A stretch of 63,079 nucleotides of DNA, the filler included, from Globobulimina sp. (Eukaryota), in NCBI GenBank assembly GCA_003354225.1. It is 39 parts of 39 records of this genome, joined end to end, with 100 filler letters (N's around TTAATTAATTAA, not from the genome) between each part and the next. Parts side by side here need not be neighbours in the genome. Positions count along the whole stretch, not along the records: positions 35,654 to 37,173 come from PIVH01015387.1; positions 37,274 to 38,793 come from PIVH01015388.1; positions 38,894 to 40,413 come from PIVH01015389.1; positions 40,514 to 42,032 come from PIVH01015390.1; positions 42,133 to 43,651 come from PIVH01015391.1; positions 43,752 to 45,270 come from PIVH01015392.1; positions 45,371 to 46,889 come from PIVH01015393.1; positions 46,990 to 48,508 come from PIVH01015394.1; 31 more parts are not named here. The stretch is one strand, 5' to 3'. Numbering within the stretch: position 1 is the stretch's first letter; every line of letters starts with the position of its first letter. The position numbers were made by a program, and so were the translations under genes. A model generated the notes under the pieces. The model did no database searches and was not told the DNA's origin. It saw only the letters and a program-made list of their open reading frames with translations. This document shows, piece after piece, positions 35,654-48,508 of this stretch.

Positions 35654-36627
35654 TACATTTCAATCAATACTTTCAAAATATCAAAAATACAGAGTTTTAA
35701 AGAAAGCAATCTGTGGATTATGTGCTGTTATTGGTTTAGTGGCTTTATTTATAGCCACAGCAGGCGTTAGGACAGGTATTGCTGTCTTGGGTTTTGTCAG
35801 CGCAGTCACTGTGTTTGTTGGTGGAGCAATGGTTTTTGGGCATTATCTGAAACCAGCGAGAATGGTGCGGAGACTTCAGCAAATTAGAAAGATGTTGGAT
35901 GAATATGTAAGGACTGCGATTAGAATGCAGTTAGAAGCAAATAAAATGGATAAATATAATAAGAAAATTGCAGTACAATTAAAATTTAATAATGAGCATT
36001 GTGTGATGATTGAGAGAGCCATGAAAAGGATAAATAACTGTTTAGATGAATATATTAAACAAGGAACTAATTGGCAAGTTTGCTATAAATTATTATTGTA
36101 GTAAATGATTCTTTGATTCTTGATTCTTTGATTCTGATTCTTTGATTCGAAAACTTTGATTCTTTGATTCACTAGACTTGATTCGGTGATTCGGTGATTC
36201 GTTGATTCATCCGTGGAACCATCTCGTCCATCGACCAAAATGCACATTTGATCGATTACGAATTTTAAGTTGTAATATCGATAGAAAACACAAAAATAGA
36301 GTCGATATTCAACTTAAATCATAATATTATAATAATAATAAAATACTGCAATAATATGCATTATTTTTGTGTGGATTAGTTTTATGTTTAAAGAAAGAAG
36401 AAATGGATCAAGATGAAATCAAAGCATTTACTAAAGATAAATTGGGATTTGTATGTACAAAAACAATCAAATTAAATGAAAGAAGGACACAAGGCATATT
36501 TAAAGGAGGTGGCAGAGGCGGCCCTATGTATTTTAATACTGATGATAATGCAGCAAAAATGTATTATAATGTATTGGATAAAATCATTGAAGAAAATTCA
36601 TTTTTAAAGAGTCTAATTGAAGATTAA
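35654..36627 (+). CDS. Hypothetical protein, 5' partial, probably two exons
   Basis: ORFs 35739-36101 and 36367-36627 flank a low-complexity intron-like segment. Confidence 0.4.
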
Positions 36628-37173
36628 CAACAATGACATTGATATTTAACTTTCTATACTATTAACTTTGTTTTTGTAGCACGCTGTGGCACTGTTTAGG
36701 TGCTTCCTTTTTATTTTGTGCTTGGTTTGATCGGTCCTGTGCCGTTCCCTTCTCATATTCATATGAGTAAATCTAAAAACATATACAAACAGTCACAAAC
36801 AGTCAGACACACTCAAAAACAGTCAGAAACAGTCACAAAAATAATACATATTATTGCAGTATTTTATTATTATTATAATATTATGATTTAAGTTGAATAT
36901 CGACTCTATTTTTGTGTTTTCTATCGATATTACAACTTAAAATTCGTAATCGATCAAATGTTCATTTTGGTCGATGGACGAGATGGTTCCACGGATGAAT
37001 CAACGAATCACCGAATCAAGTCTAGTGAATCAAAGAATCAAAGTTTTCGAATCAAAGAATCAAAGAATCAGAATCAAAGAATCAAGAATCAAAGAATCAT
37101 TTACTACAATAATAATTTATAGCAAACTTGCCAATTAGTTCCTTGTTTAATATATTCATCTAAACAGTTATTT
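36032..37173. repeat. About 340-bp inverted duplication (36032-36371 vs 36835-37173)
   Basis: Direct reverse-complement match with a few substitutions and 8-nt repeat-unit indels. Confidence 0.92.
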
Positions 37174-37964
37174 NNNNNNNNNNNNNNNNNNNNNNNNNNN
37201 NNNNNNNNNNNNNNNNNTTAATTAATTAANNNNNNNNNNNNNNNNNNNNNNNNNNNNNNNNNNNNNNNNNNNNTTTTGAATCGTAATAATGCACGAAAAT
37301 GGCAGTATAATAGTTGTTGTAGTTTGTCCTTCGACGCCTGCTGCAAATAAGACCATACCCATTGCAAATGACATTATATAAAATAACACGACTGCGAAAA
37401 AATGGTAAAAAAAATAAACTTCGTGCATTTTGGTGTCAGCATATTGCGTGGGATATGTTTGACGAAGATTATTTATCTGGTGATAAAATATTATGTTGTA
37501 TTGATGATGAAAAAATTGTTGTTATTTGGTCCTTATTTTTTAGATTGTATGGTTAAATTGGTAGTAATACAAAATTTAAATTAGTGCATTACTTGTATCT
37601 TTTTAATTATATGATAACGTCATAATAATAAGTTATAGTTAACGCATCTATCTCTCTCTCTTATGGTACAGTAATCCATATTTTGCATGATATCTTTGTG
37701 TTATTTGAAATTATGGTATACACAAAAGGCCACGAATCGAACGACTATTTATGGAAACATACATTTAGTTTTATGTTTGTTTTTTATTTTTAGTTTTTTT
37801 GTATAATACACAGTAAATAAATCAGAATCTCGAAATTTCGTAACACAGACACACAGTTCATAATATTAATATTTGTTTTTCCCGTAAACCAATCAAAAAT
37901 ACACAAAACATAAATATATTTTATTATTAATATTCATTATCTTTTTTTTGGAAAAAATATGGTA

Positions 37965-38072
37965 CCAAATGGCAGGTTTATTCTCGGCTATGAACGTATT
38001 TCCAAAAAACAGTTTTTAAGGTCTCGGGTGCCACAAGGTCACGTTCATAGCCACGAAATTACTGCCTTTTGG
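37965..38072. mobile_element. 108-bp MITE with about 32-bp imperfect TIRs and TA target-site duplication (Tc1/mariner-type)
   Basis: TA-CCAAATGGCAG..TTCTCGGCTATGAACGT ... ACGTTCATAGCCACGAA..CTGCCTTTTGG-TA. Confidence 0.7.
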
Positions 38073-38141
38073 TAAAATACTAAAAGTATAAATATCTTAT
38101 TAAACAAAAACAAATTTATAATAAATACATACAACACATCA

Positions 38142-38793
38142 TTAACAACCATTTTTTTGTTTAAATAATGGTTCATAATCTTGTTTAAAATTATTTTTCT
38201 CTCTCTTTTTTAATCTTTCTTCCACTTTATCGAAATTTTTAACAAAAAATTTAACTCCAACTCCAAATTGTGGCAACACTTTATTAATTATCGCTTTTGG
38301 AACATAACCGCCTAAATCCAATGAAGTTACAGAACAAACACGAACCTTATTATTTATATCATCATTGGCAGCACTTAATACTATACCGCTTACAATCGAG
38401 CCACGAACATGTTTTTTTTTGGTCGGAACATAAAATGGATGACCTTCATTTATTGAATATGTCAGACTACCCACAATTTTTTGATTGCTTACATAATTGT
38501 CCAATTTAAATCTTGTAGTCATACAGTTCCAATCTCTGGCTGCAACCATAAAAAAACCAGATTTGGCTGATTTGTAAGTAATTTGATGATCGTCGTCAAT
38601 GCATTTTACTACTCTCATTTCTGTTGTATTTTTGTCAGCATTTCGAGACGCAGCCAAAACATCTTCAAACCCGGGTTGTAACTGTTTATAATAAACATCA
38701 AGTTTTGTTACATCATCCATCGTTGTGACACCTCGGGATGTACTAAAATTGCCATTTTCAGCGGCTTTGTATCCGAGTTCTAAATTGGAATGT
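38142..38793 (-). CDS. START (lipid-binding) domain protein, 5' partial
   Basis: MVAARDW, KKHVRG, SVTSLDLGGYVPKAIIN. Confidence 0.85.
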
Positions 38794-38918
38794 NNNNNNN
38801 NNNNNNNNNNNNNNNNNNNNNNNNNNNNNNNNNNNNNTTAATTAATTAANNNNNNNNNNNNNNNNNNNNNNNNNNNNNNNNNNNNNNNNNNNNTTTTTAA
38901 CAATGTCTAGAATTAACA

Positions 38919-40262
38919 ATGTCAGCTGAAACTACAGAAGCAAAAAAAGAACGTATTTTATTGCACAACACGCCAACAAAAGCATGGAAGACTACGAATG
39001 CAACATTGGTAGCATCACATTGGTTGCGGACTCTCGCAAAACATATAATTAAAAAGGAAATCAGAACCGCACCAATACAGTATTTGAAAATAACGCGTCA
39101 ACAATCACCATTGTATTCATTCCATGTCATTTCAATCATTGTGGCCTACTCACGTTTAAATATTCCCATACCGTATTATCAGGATGATGGACCATTGTTA
39201 GATATTGACAGCAATGCTAACAAAGATGACTATGAAGGCACCAGAACTGTCATAATCGAGCATGGCTCGTCCTGTATCCGAGCTGGATTTGCCGGCGATG
39301 ATAGCCCAAGGTTATGCATTCCCGCATTGGTTGCAATAATACAGCACGAGACTGGCAATGAAGAGATTATCATTGGTAACCGGATCGTGACTGATATTAT
39401 CGCCAAAAACAAGGCAGCTACCATCAAATCAGTGATTCAAAGGGGTAAAATTGTTGAATGGCAATATATTAAACTAATTTGGGAATATATATTGAGAGGA
39501 ATCGATGTGGAGTCTGTCTATGTGCATATCGTGGATGCCAAAGCAATGACGGCCAGAGCTGATATGGAGAAAATCACGGAGATATTTTTCGAGGAGCTTA
39601 AAGGTGCGGCTTTGTACATTTCAAAATCTCCAGTCAGCGCATTATATGCTTCTGGCAGAACTACAGGCATTGTCATTCAATGTGGATATGGCATTACTTC
39701 GATTACAGCTATTTTTGAGGGATATGCATTACTTTATACATCGCGAGAGATCCAATATGGGAAATATGATATGGATGAACATAATATGCAAGATTATAAA
39801 ATAGTTTTTAAGGTAAGGAGTAGAGCGGGAATTAAAATCGATGGAACATTGCATGATTATTAATATTTGTTTTTGATATATTGCGAATTACTTTGATTTT
39901 AATTCTTGGGCTGCCATATTTTAACTTTTAAGCAACAAAAAATTGCGTATTATGTGGCTGAATGTATTAATAAATGTGACCAAGCGATTGGAATGGATTT
40001 ATGTCAAAATATACTGATTGCTGGAGGTAATTCAATGTATGATGATATTGAAGAATTTCTGTTGGATGAAATTAAAAAAGAAATGAAAATATTAAACATT
40101 GCGGCGTATGATGTGAATGTGATAGTGTCTCCCGAGAGAGCTCTTGCATCCTGGATTGGAGGCAGTATTTTTGGATCTATTTCGTGATTTTGACAGTGTG
40201 AGATAATGAGAGAAGAGTATTTGGAAAGTGGTCCTTCTATTGTTCACAGAAAATGCACTTAA
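38919..40262 (+). CDS. Divergent actin-like protein; intron 39813-39932; two in-frame TGA at 40185 and 40191 (possible pseudogene)
   Basis: IIEHGSSCIRAGFAGDDSPR, ALYASGRTTGIV, IFEGYAL, NILIAGGNSMY, SWIGGSI and terminal [16 protein letters not shown]. Confidence 0.85.
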
Positions 40263-40989
40263 ATCTCTTGTTATAACAACTTGCATTCACAAATATCGCA
40301 TACGAAATGTACTTTACCAATTCATCAAATTATGACATGTTGTGAAGGTGTATAGATGCATATATTGTTTATGTGTTTTAGATACGCTGGAATTTTTTTA
40401 TGTTTTAATTGAANNNNNNNNNNNNNNNNNNNNNNNNNNNNNNNNNNNNNNNNNNNNTTAATTAATTAANNNNNNNNNNNNNNNNNNNNNNNNNNNNNNN
40501 NNNNNNNNNNNNNAAAAAAATCTCTAGTTGGAGTATTATCTCAATTATCAGACATATCAAATTGTACTTAACTGATTTCCCATAATGCCTGGCTTTGGTT
40601 TGATTGCAAAGGAGGTAGAAAAATGTAAACAAAACTGTCAGTTATCTTAACTTAAATAAAAAAAAAACTCCAAACCACAAACATCAAAAACACCGGCCAC
40701 CATCAGTCTGTTCACACTGTACCAATTTAGCAATTTCAACTCATAACAACACTCACAATGCAAGCACATGTTCGTCATGTCGAGAAATTCACCAATTTTA
40801 TGTCTCCAGGTATGGCAGATCCACGCACCACACATAAAACACCCACACACACAAAACACACACAGTCGGTCTCTCCATATCTCATTACAACAACTCGCAT
40901 CCTCGCAAACGTCAAAGATTTGCGAATCTAACCAATCCGCCCAATATCACCGGCAACATATCGTCCGGATCAGGCTCCAACAGTGATAC

Positions 40990-41930
40990 GGAGCATGCAG
41001 CCAACCAAAAACACCCCGTTTCCAAAGCCAATCATAGAAACAAGGCCAATGCAGTCAAAGTCAGCCCGGCCACAGTCAGTCTACGCCATAACCATCGCAA
41101 CGACGACGACATATCTTCCACCGTACGCGAGAACCGCTGGACGCGCGAAAACCTGAGCCTTCGCCACGTACGCAACCGAGCCATGTATTTGGACAACGAC
41201 ACGGTGAACAACGAGCTGATGAACAACATATTGGACAAATTGTTGATTTACGGCTACGAGACCTCGGCGGACATCGCAAAGATGCAGCCGTGGCAGTTAC
41301 GCGTGTTAAAGAAGGAAATCCCGCAAATCGACTATATATTTATGAGCGCGTACCGTATGTGGGGGAAGCAAGAATATTACGACGATACACAAAATCTCAC
41401 TTTTCGGCAGTACTGGGACCCCGCGGTGTGGCTACAATATAATGTACGATTTTGATTACACAGCAAACTGGCTTTTGATTTCGAAAACAAATTAAACCAA
41501 CAAATTAACGCGTTTTTACTACACAATTTCCAGCCAATGAGACGCACTTTTTTTACAAGCATTTTTCTGATTGCTTTCTTCGACGTTTTGATGCGGAAAA
41601 TAGGGAAAAATTGTGCCATTTTTATGCATTTTTATCTTGTTTTTATCTGGTTTTTGCGTGCGAGGCAATATGATTTTGTGTGTTTGTGTGCGTTATGTAG
41701 GAGATCGAGCTGATCATAAAATGCTTTGATATCAGTAACCGCGGCTATCAGTGCATGATTTGTGGAGTCAAGCATGGTTTGTACGAATTGGACGTGGTGC
41801 GTTGGCACATTTGGCTGGAACATAAGGACTCGAACCAATTGAACGCGATCATGCAATCCACGAAGAAACACAATCAGAACAATTTTACGAAGCCATTACA
41901 AAATTTACAATTGCCGCCGTTGGAGAATGT
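40990..41930 (+). CDS. Hypothetical multi-exon protein with a C2H2-like finger
   Basis: GC-richer coding-like segments; YQCMICG...VRWHIWLEH in the downstream exon; boundaries approximate. Confidence 0.4.
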
Positions 41931-42201
41931 TAAGTCCATTTTTTTGTGGCAGTTTGAAACTTAATAACATCAATTTTGTGCAGTTTGAAACTATACCATT
42001 TATCTGTTTTTTTTTTTTAATTGGTTGACGCANNNNNNNNNNNNNNNNNNNNNNNNNNNNNNNNNNNNNNNNNNNNTTAATTAATTAANNNNNNNNNNNN
42101 NNNNNNNNNNNNNNNNNNNNNNNNNNNNNNNNAGGCCTCTCCCAAACCGCTTGACACTGCAAATGACTCATCCTTGCACTCATATTGATGTTTATATATA
42201 G

Positions 42202-43550
42202 CCCAAGTCGCGAGGCGGGTCGTTGCAATTTGACCTGCAACAAATCCAAGAGTTATACAATCCGATCAACTTTGAGCAAGACATAGAATTACCGGCCGAT
42301 ATTGTCAAGCACGGTGTCGGTCGGCGCGACAGCACAGAATTGGAAGAAGTGCCTAATAATAACGGTGTGCGCGACAGTGACGACGACGAAGACCAAGGCC
42401 AAGGCCACGGCCATGATGACGAGCATGACGACGACAGCGATTCGTCCAAATCGAAGGAAGAAATCAGTTATGAACCGCATAGCAACAACAATGGTGTACG
42501 CAACGAGTACCCTATAAATGGCGGCGGAGTGCACCCGAATAACAATTATAATTACGACCAATATGGACATCGCCGCATGAACACGGATCAACAGATTCAA
42601 ATTGCAGAGCAATTAAGTGTGGCGCAAAGCGATTACGACCAACAATTGGACGCTTATCGCAAAGAGATCGAAGCGCTGAAGGCTGAGATCAAGGAATCTG
42701 AGGAAGAGAATGAGATATTGAAGCTGGAGAATAATAGCTTGGAAGTGGAGAAGGACAGATATGCGATGCAAGCGAGGGAGATCCAGAATGACTGGGACCG
42801 AATGAGCGGATATATGACGCAGATACTGTCGGAAGTGTCCTTCATTGAGGAACAGAGGAAGAAAGGACAGGAAATCCCGACGCCGACGCCCAAATTGCAT
42901 AATATCTTCGAAGCCATTCAGAACACCATCGGCAGAAATAATGTCAACTCGGATGACGACAGCGAGCATAAATTGGAGAATGGCAAGGTTTGAGTTATTT
43001 TTTTGATATTTTGTTTTTGAAACTGATTTTTTTGTGGATGATAAGGTGAGTGACATATATTCGAATATAGCGGATTTGTTCACGGAGCAAGCACCGGTTT
43101 TGACGGTGCATAAAGTGGAGAATAAGCCGGAGAGGAAAAGAAAATTATCCTTTGGTGCGGTGAATGAGCTGTTTACGGATACATCGCCCATTGGAGTGCC
43201 CAGTGGGTCCGGTGTGAGTTTGCAACGCAAACCAAATAATTTTCTGTCGATTGAGGAGGATGAAAATGCGAAGAGGTTAAGTTATGGCGGCGTTGGGCTG
43301 TTGTTTGATAATGCACAGCAACAGCAAGCAAATGATGATAAACGTGCATTTACGCCGAATTCGGATGGGGATAATCCGTTAAATGTGTCATTTAAACCGA
43401 CGTATGAAGGGATTGCCAGTTTATTTGATGAGAATAATGATAATTTAGGGACCAAATCACATACTTTTAAACAACCCAGTTTTGCTAGTGATATTGTTGA
43501 GTTATTTACCAATCCGAATAATGAATATCAACAGTTACAAGAAGATGAGG
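42202..43550 (+). CDS. Hypothetical coiled-coil / low-complexity protein, multi-exon fragment
   Basis: ORFs 42223-42993 and 43034-43606, heptad-rich segment, repeated I..LF motifs; boundaries approximate. Confidence 0.55.
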
Positions 43551-43751
43551 TGTGGTCTACAAAAAAAAACTGCATGCAATGTGGTAAAAAAATGTTTTTT
43601 TTTTGAGTCGTTACTACAAAAATAAAATAAAATAATTTTCTGAACATTTGCNNNNNNNNNNNNNNNNNNNNNNNNNNNNNNNNNNNNNNNNNNNNTTAAT
43701 TAATTAANNNNNNNNNNNNNNNNNNNNNNNNNNNNNNNNNNNNNNNNNNNN

Positions 43752-45270
43752 AAAGTGCCATCATTGTAGAATCTGTTTCAAATGTCTTGATTTCCAACAC
43801 AAACATATCAACATTCGACATTGGATCAGGAATATCGTTATACAATATATTATCAGCACACATCGACACTTGTAATATATCACATTCCGCATGGGGTTTA
43901 TACACAGAATCTGTAACATTGTATCAGATATTTAACACAAACTTGCAACACAATACAGTTCGTCCTATACATTCAAGCCACAGTGACCATATTTATATAT
44001 TTGACTCTGTCATCCAACATAATGATGATGGGGTGCAGTTGCATTATGTGCATAATGCGTTTATGGATCACTGTGAAATCAAGCACAATGCAAATGGTGC
44101 TCCATTTGGAGGAGGTTTAATAATCTACATTCTGGATACAATGATAGTGAGTAACTCTTTATTCGCCGGGAACATGGCGTCGAGAGAAGGTGGAGCTGTG
44201 CTGGTGAAGATGGGACGTGTTGTATTTAACAACTGTGTATTTACGCAAAATACTGCCTATTCTGGGGGTGCCATAGGTAAATATATCCGCGTTAATTGTA
44301 TGTTACACATTTGAGTCATATGTATTTAATATATATATCAGGAATAAGTGTGCCCACTAATTTGGAGATACACTATGTATCGATCCATAATTCTTTTTTC
44401 ACCAACAATTTAGCTCACGATGGCGGATCTATTTGGAGTGACCGTGGAACGTATTTGTTATTCAACAACACCTTCACAGACAACTATGCCAAATCCAAAG
44501 GTGGCGCTATTTTCGATGCGATGTCGACCGAAGGATGCAAGATTAATAAAACCGCCATAATTGGCGATTATAATGTATTTATCCGCAACAAAGCATATAT
44601 GGGCGGCGCGGTATATACTACGAATTGCCATGTTTATATTTTAGGCGATGCGGCGGATACTGCGTCGTATCCAGTATTTGAGGGGAATACAGCAATCATG
44701 TTTGGGGGCGGAATATTGTTTGATGTGTCTGGTATTTCCATGACAAATTTGTCTCACATTAATATTGTAGTCTCACATGCTCACTTTATCAACAACACAG
44801 CACTGTTAATTGGAGGGGGAGCACTTGTGGCCTCTGGTGGTAATTTATGGATTATTAACTGCACTTTTCGTGATAATAAAGCAACTAAAAATGGAATGGG
44901 TGGTGCCATTTTGGTGCAATCTTTGGAAACTTTTACCGACACAAATATGTATATTCATGTTTATCATTGTTTACTGCGAGGAAATGTTGCCGCGAATGGT
45001 GGTGCTGTGGCTGTTCATACATTGAGTAATATGGAGAATATGTTTGTTATTGGAATTATTGGATCGAAGATTGAAAATAATTATGCTTTGCAGTGTGGCG
45101 GTGGGATCTTTATAAAAGACGGGAGAATGTTAGTTAATGAATCACAAATTGAGCACAATAATGCAGGCATTTGTGGTGGTGCTTTGTATTTAAGTAAAGA
45201 TGGATCAGTGCACTCTGTTGCAGTTAAGTTGTATTTTGAGCCATTTTACTTTGGATTATATACGTTTGTA
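43752..45270 (+). CDS. Parallel beta-helix protein with Pmp-like GGA(I/V)/FxxN repeats, internal fragment; intron 44277-44341
   Basis: At least nine F..N.A..GGA[IVL]-type repeats; 65-nt GT-AG intron joins GGAIG/ISV. Confidence 0.85.
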
Positions 45271-45370
45271 NNNNNNNNNNNNNNNNNNNNNNNNNNNNNN
45301 NNNNNNNNNNNNNNTTAATTAATTAANNNNNNNNNNNNNNNNNNNNNNNNNNNNNNNNNNNNNNNNNNNN

Positions 45371-45866
45371 AAATATGCCTTTTCATCAAATCCAACTGTA
45401 TACTGACAATATCCCCCGATGAATATGCTCGTCCTTTGGATCCAATAATAGCTATTTTATTGTTCGACATATAAGCTCCAGTTAGGCTGTGATAATAAAA
45501 ATACATGCAGTTATTTGATGAAATACCAATCTTTGCACCAATTCCCATTGTATCCACTTTGATTCTCCATCGATAAATAGCTTCACAATTTTTGTTTGAT
45601 GCAGTTATGATTTTGTTTCCTTTGTTGAATATCCAGCCAATCCCCAGCTTTATGCATCGAATACAACGTCTGCTATTTATCAAAGAATATAGTACATGTT
45701 CCCCGATCATACGGAAATATTCATCATGGCAATAAAATAATAAACAAAGTATTGTGATCTCTTTGGGTATTACAGACATCCATGAATACTCCTTCTCAGA
45801 TTCATGAACAAATCCAAATACAATTAACTGTGAAACAATATCAGTATATGTCAGTAGTGGTTGCAT
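45371..45866 (-). CDS. SPRY/B30.2-like protein with L..GF....IP..I..LC..FY leader, 3' partial
   Basis: LIVFGFVH...IPKEITILCLLFY; YRWRIKV, IGISS, GDIVSIQLDL. Confidence 0.6.
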
Positions 45867-46002
45867 TCAATAGTTGTTCCTTTTTTTTTTAAGCTTTAAG
45901 AAATCAAAATGTGTAGATATTATCCTCGCGCACACGGGAAATGCCGATAAATTTTTAAAAGTATGTATGAAGTTTATTATATTTAAAATTATAAATAAAT
46001 CG

Positions 46003-46630
46003 CTACAAAATTGCGCATCTACTTTTATTTTTCTGTATATTCTGTCTCTGTAAACCAGCACGTATTGCTTCATCAAACATGTTTTTTAATCCTTGCTGAG
46101 TCAATGCAGAACATTCCATATAACAATGTGCATTTACTTCCTTTGCTAAGTTTATCCCATCTTGTGTTGAATAAATTTTATCAATCTTTGTCTTTAACAT
46201 ATCATCATATCTCAAATCAATTTTAGTTCCAACAATAACGAATGGAGCTTTTTTACAATGATGCGTTATTTCTGGAATCCATTTCATTTTTATATTTTCA
46301 AATGCTGTTTTTGAAATAACTGAATAGCAAACTAAGAATATATCTGTTTGGGGATAGGACAGAGGTCGCAATCTATCATAATCTGATTGGCCCGCTGTAT
46401 CCCATAGACCTAATTGAATTGGTTTGCCATCAACCATTACATTGGCTGAATAATCATCAAATACCTTTTTGTTCAAATTATATACAGTTATTGTATAGAT
46501 CTGTCATATTCGATTTGGTCTAAACTGTAGGAATATAATCTCCAGGAAACGCGTTGGTTGTATACGAAATCAATAGACACGTTTTCCCCACAGACCCGTC
46601 ACCAACAATTACACATTTAATATTTTGCAT
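46003..46630 (-). CDS. RAC: Rho-family GTPase Rac; intron 46465-46525
   Basis: [60 protein letters not shown] box CAIL. Confidence 0.96.
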
Positions 46631-47713
46631 CACTGAGCTGAAAACTGTTGAGTGGTAATCTTGTATCTAATTCTATTAAATCAACTTATCCAAGTGCTAT
46701 ACTGCTCGATCTTTAATCTACATTCTCATGGCAGAATATTTCATTGGGAAGACAAATTTAGAAAAATTGAAATCAATCATGGTAATTTGTTCCAAAAAAA
46801 TAGAAAAAATAACGGTTTCTGCAATATTGAAACACTCTAAAATGGATAATGTGTCTGATACAAATACAAATCCATCACAAACACCACAANNNNNNNNNNN
46901 NNNNNNNNNNNNNNNNNNNNNNNNNNNNNNNNNTTAATTAATTAANNNNNNNNNNNNNNNNNNNNNNNNNNNNNNNNNNNNNNNNNNNNTTTCCCATAGG
47001 TATATGTTTAATATGTTTGAGTATAAATATTCTACACTCTATCGATTATAAACACAAAGGGCAATTTATGGACATCTAAAGTTGGATATCAACCAAATAG
47101 CATCAAATGTCCCGCAACAAAAAGTGTCCATTTCCTATATCCATAGCATAGGTACCATGCGCTCTCAATTCAACATGCTCGAAGAAGAAAAAAACAGTAA
47201 AGTTAGTCGATTTGCGAAATTAAACGAAAAGATTAAAAGAAAAATTATGAAGTAATTGGAAGTCAAACAGCAATCACCACTCAACAACCACTCGCCAACC
47301 AAGAAAAATGCCAGAACCAATGGGTAATGGTAAGGCTATCATTACTTTGTACTCATCAATTCGATCATATCAATATAATTAGAAGAATATCATGCAAACA
47401 ACGACATAAAATGCAGCGAGCTCGGAATAAATCTCCAGCAAAGTGGCATGCCACAAATAAGTATTTATCCACATCTGATACGAGGGTATTTTTTGGCATT
47501 GCTTTCAAATCATAATATTAAAAACATATAAATACTGATTAATTTCGACAGAAAAAAAAGAATTTTAATTTCAATTTCAATTTTCGAGAAAGCCTTTTTG
47601 TTAAATGCGTGGTATCTTCAATTCAATTGAATCATTGTACAAAACGTATAAAAAAAGAAAGAAAAAAAAGAATAATAAAAAAGCCACAAATTGTCAACCA
47701 ATCAAAATTTAAT

Positions 47714-48508
47714 CTATCCATACATTTGTGCATTTTGCAATTGTCTGTTTCGGACCGCGCCATTTTGTCTGCTGAGCCAGGCTTGTTTGGCCAACCACTT
47801 CTTTGGCTCCACAATGTAGAGCGCAGAGTTTGCGCCGAATAACGCCGTCACGCCGCCGACGGCCAACACGGCAGACACCTCATTGCCAAACAAGAAGATG
47901 ATTTCGCCCGCACACAAAGCCACCAACAGCTCCGGGATGGTGTGCGACGTCGTAAACAAAGTGGTGTAGACTCCCTTTTGGTCGGTGGCCGCCACGGTCT
48001 CCGTCACAATGGACCAGCCAATCACCATCGCGGCGGCCTGGCCGATGCCTAAACAGGTCACGATCACCAGGCCGGTGTTGATGGTGTCGCAGAACGGCGT
48101 CATTAGCAGCATCACGCCGTAAAACAGCATACAGAAAAACCACGTCCATCGATAGCCGCACTTATTGATGATGACCGGCAATAACATGGAGCCAATCACA
48201 GCGAAGATGGCTCCAAACGACAAGCCGATGCTGGCGATGCGAACGCCGTAGCGGTACAACTCGACCTCTTCCTCGTTGTCGCTGTGAGGGAGGCCGTGGG
48301 TCACTCGTTTGCCAAACCAGTCTGTCAAATAAATGTAAGACGCAAATAAGCCAAAATAGAGCCAAAACTGCACCATATACGCTCTCGCAATCGGTTGCGG
48401 CATATTGTACAGTGCTTCCTTAATGCGCTGGAACTTGGTCTTTTGAATTTGGATCACAATGTCGAGGTCGCTCTCGGTTCGCTCATGTTCCTCTTCGACT
48501 TGTTTGGC
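47714..48508 (-). CDS. SLC45/sucrose-transporter-like MFS protein, C-terminal half
   Basis: MPQPI...QFW..FG....IYLTDWFG..V..G.P...Y..GVR..SIGL pattern of the SLC45/SUT family. Confidence 0.85.
   Translation of the reverse strand, partial: AKQVEEEHERTESDLDIVIQIQKTKFQRIKEALYNMPQPIARAYMVQFWLYFGLFASYIYLTDWFGKRVTHGLPHSDNEEEVELYRYGVRIASIGLSFGAIFAVIGSMLLPVIINKCGYRWTWFFCMLFYGVMLLMTPFCDTINTGLVIVTCLGIGQAAAMVIGWSIVTETVAATDQKGVYTTLFTTSHTIPELLVALCAGEIIFLFGNEVSAVLAVGGVTALFGANSALYIVEPKKWLAKQAWLSRQNGAVRNRQLQNAQMYG

Noticed and set aside
40185-40193. Genome-wide TGA reassignment
   Set aside because: Other genes here end at TGA in the expected place (e.g. the flippase at 29977) and conserved Trp residues use TGG; any recoding would have to be local
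43752-45270. Chlamydial polymorphic membrane protein from a symbiont
   Set aside because: Contains a GT-AG intron; GGA(I/V)/FxxN beta-helix repeats are widespread in protist surface proteins
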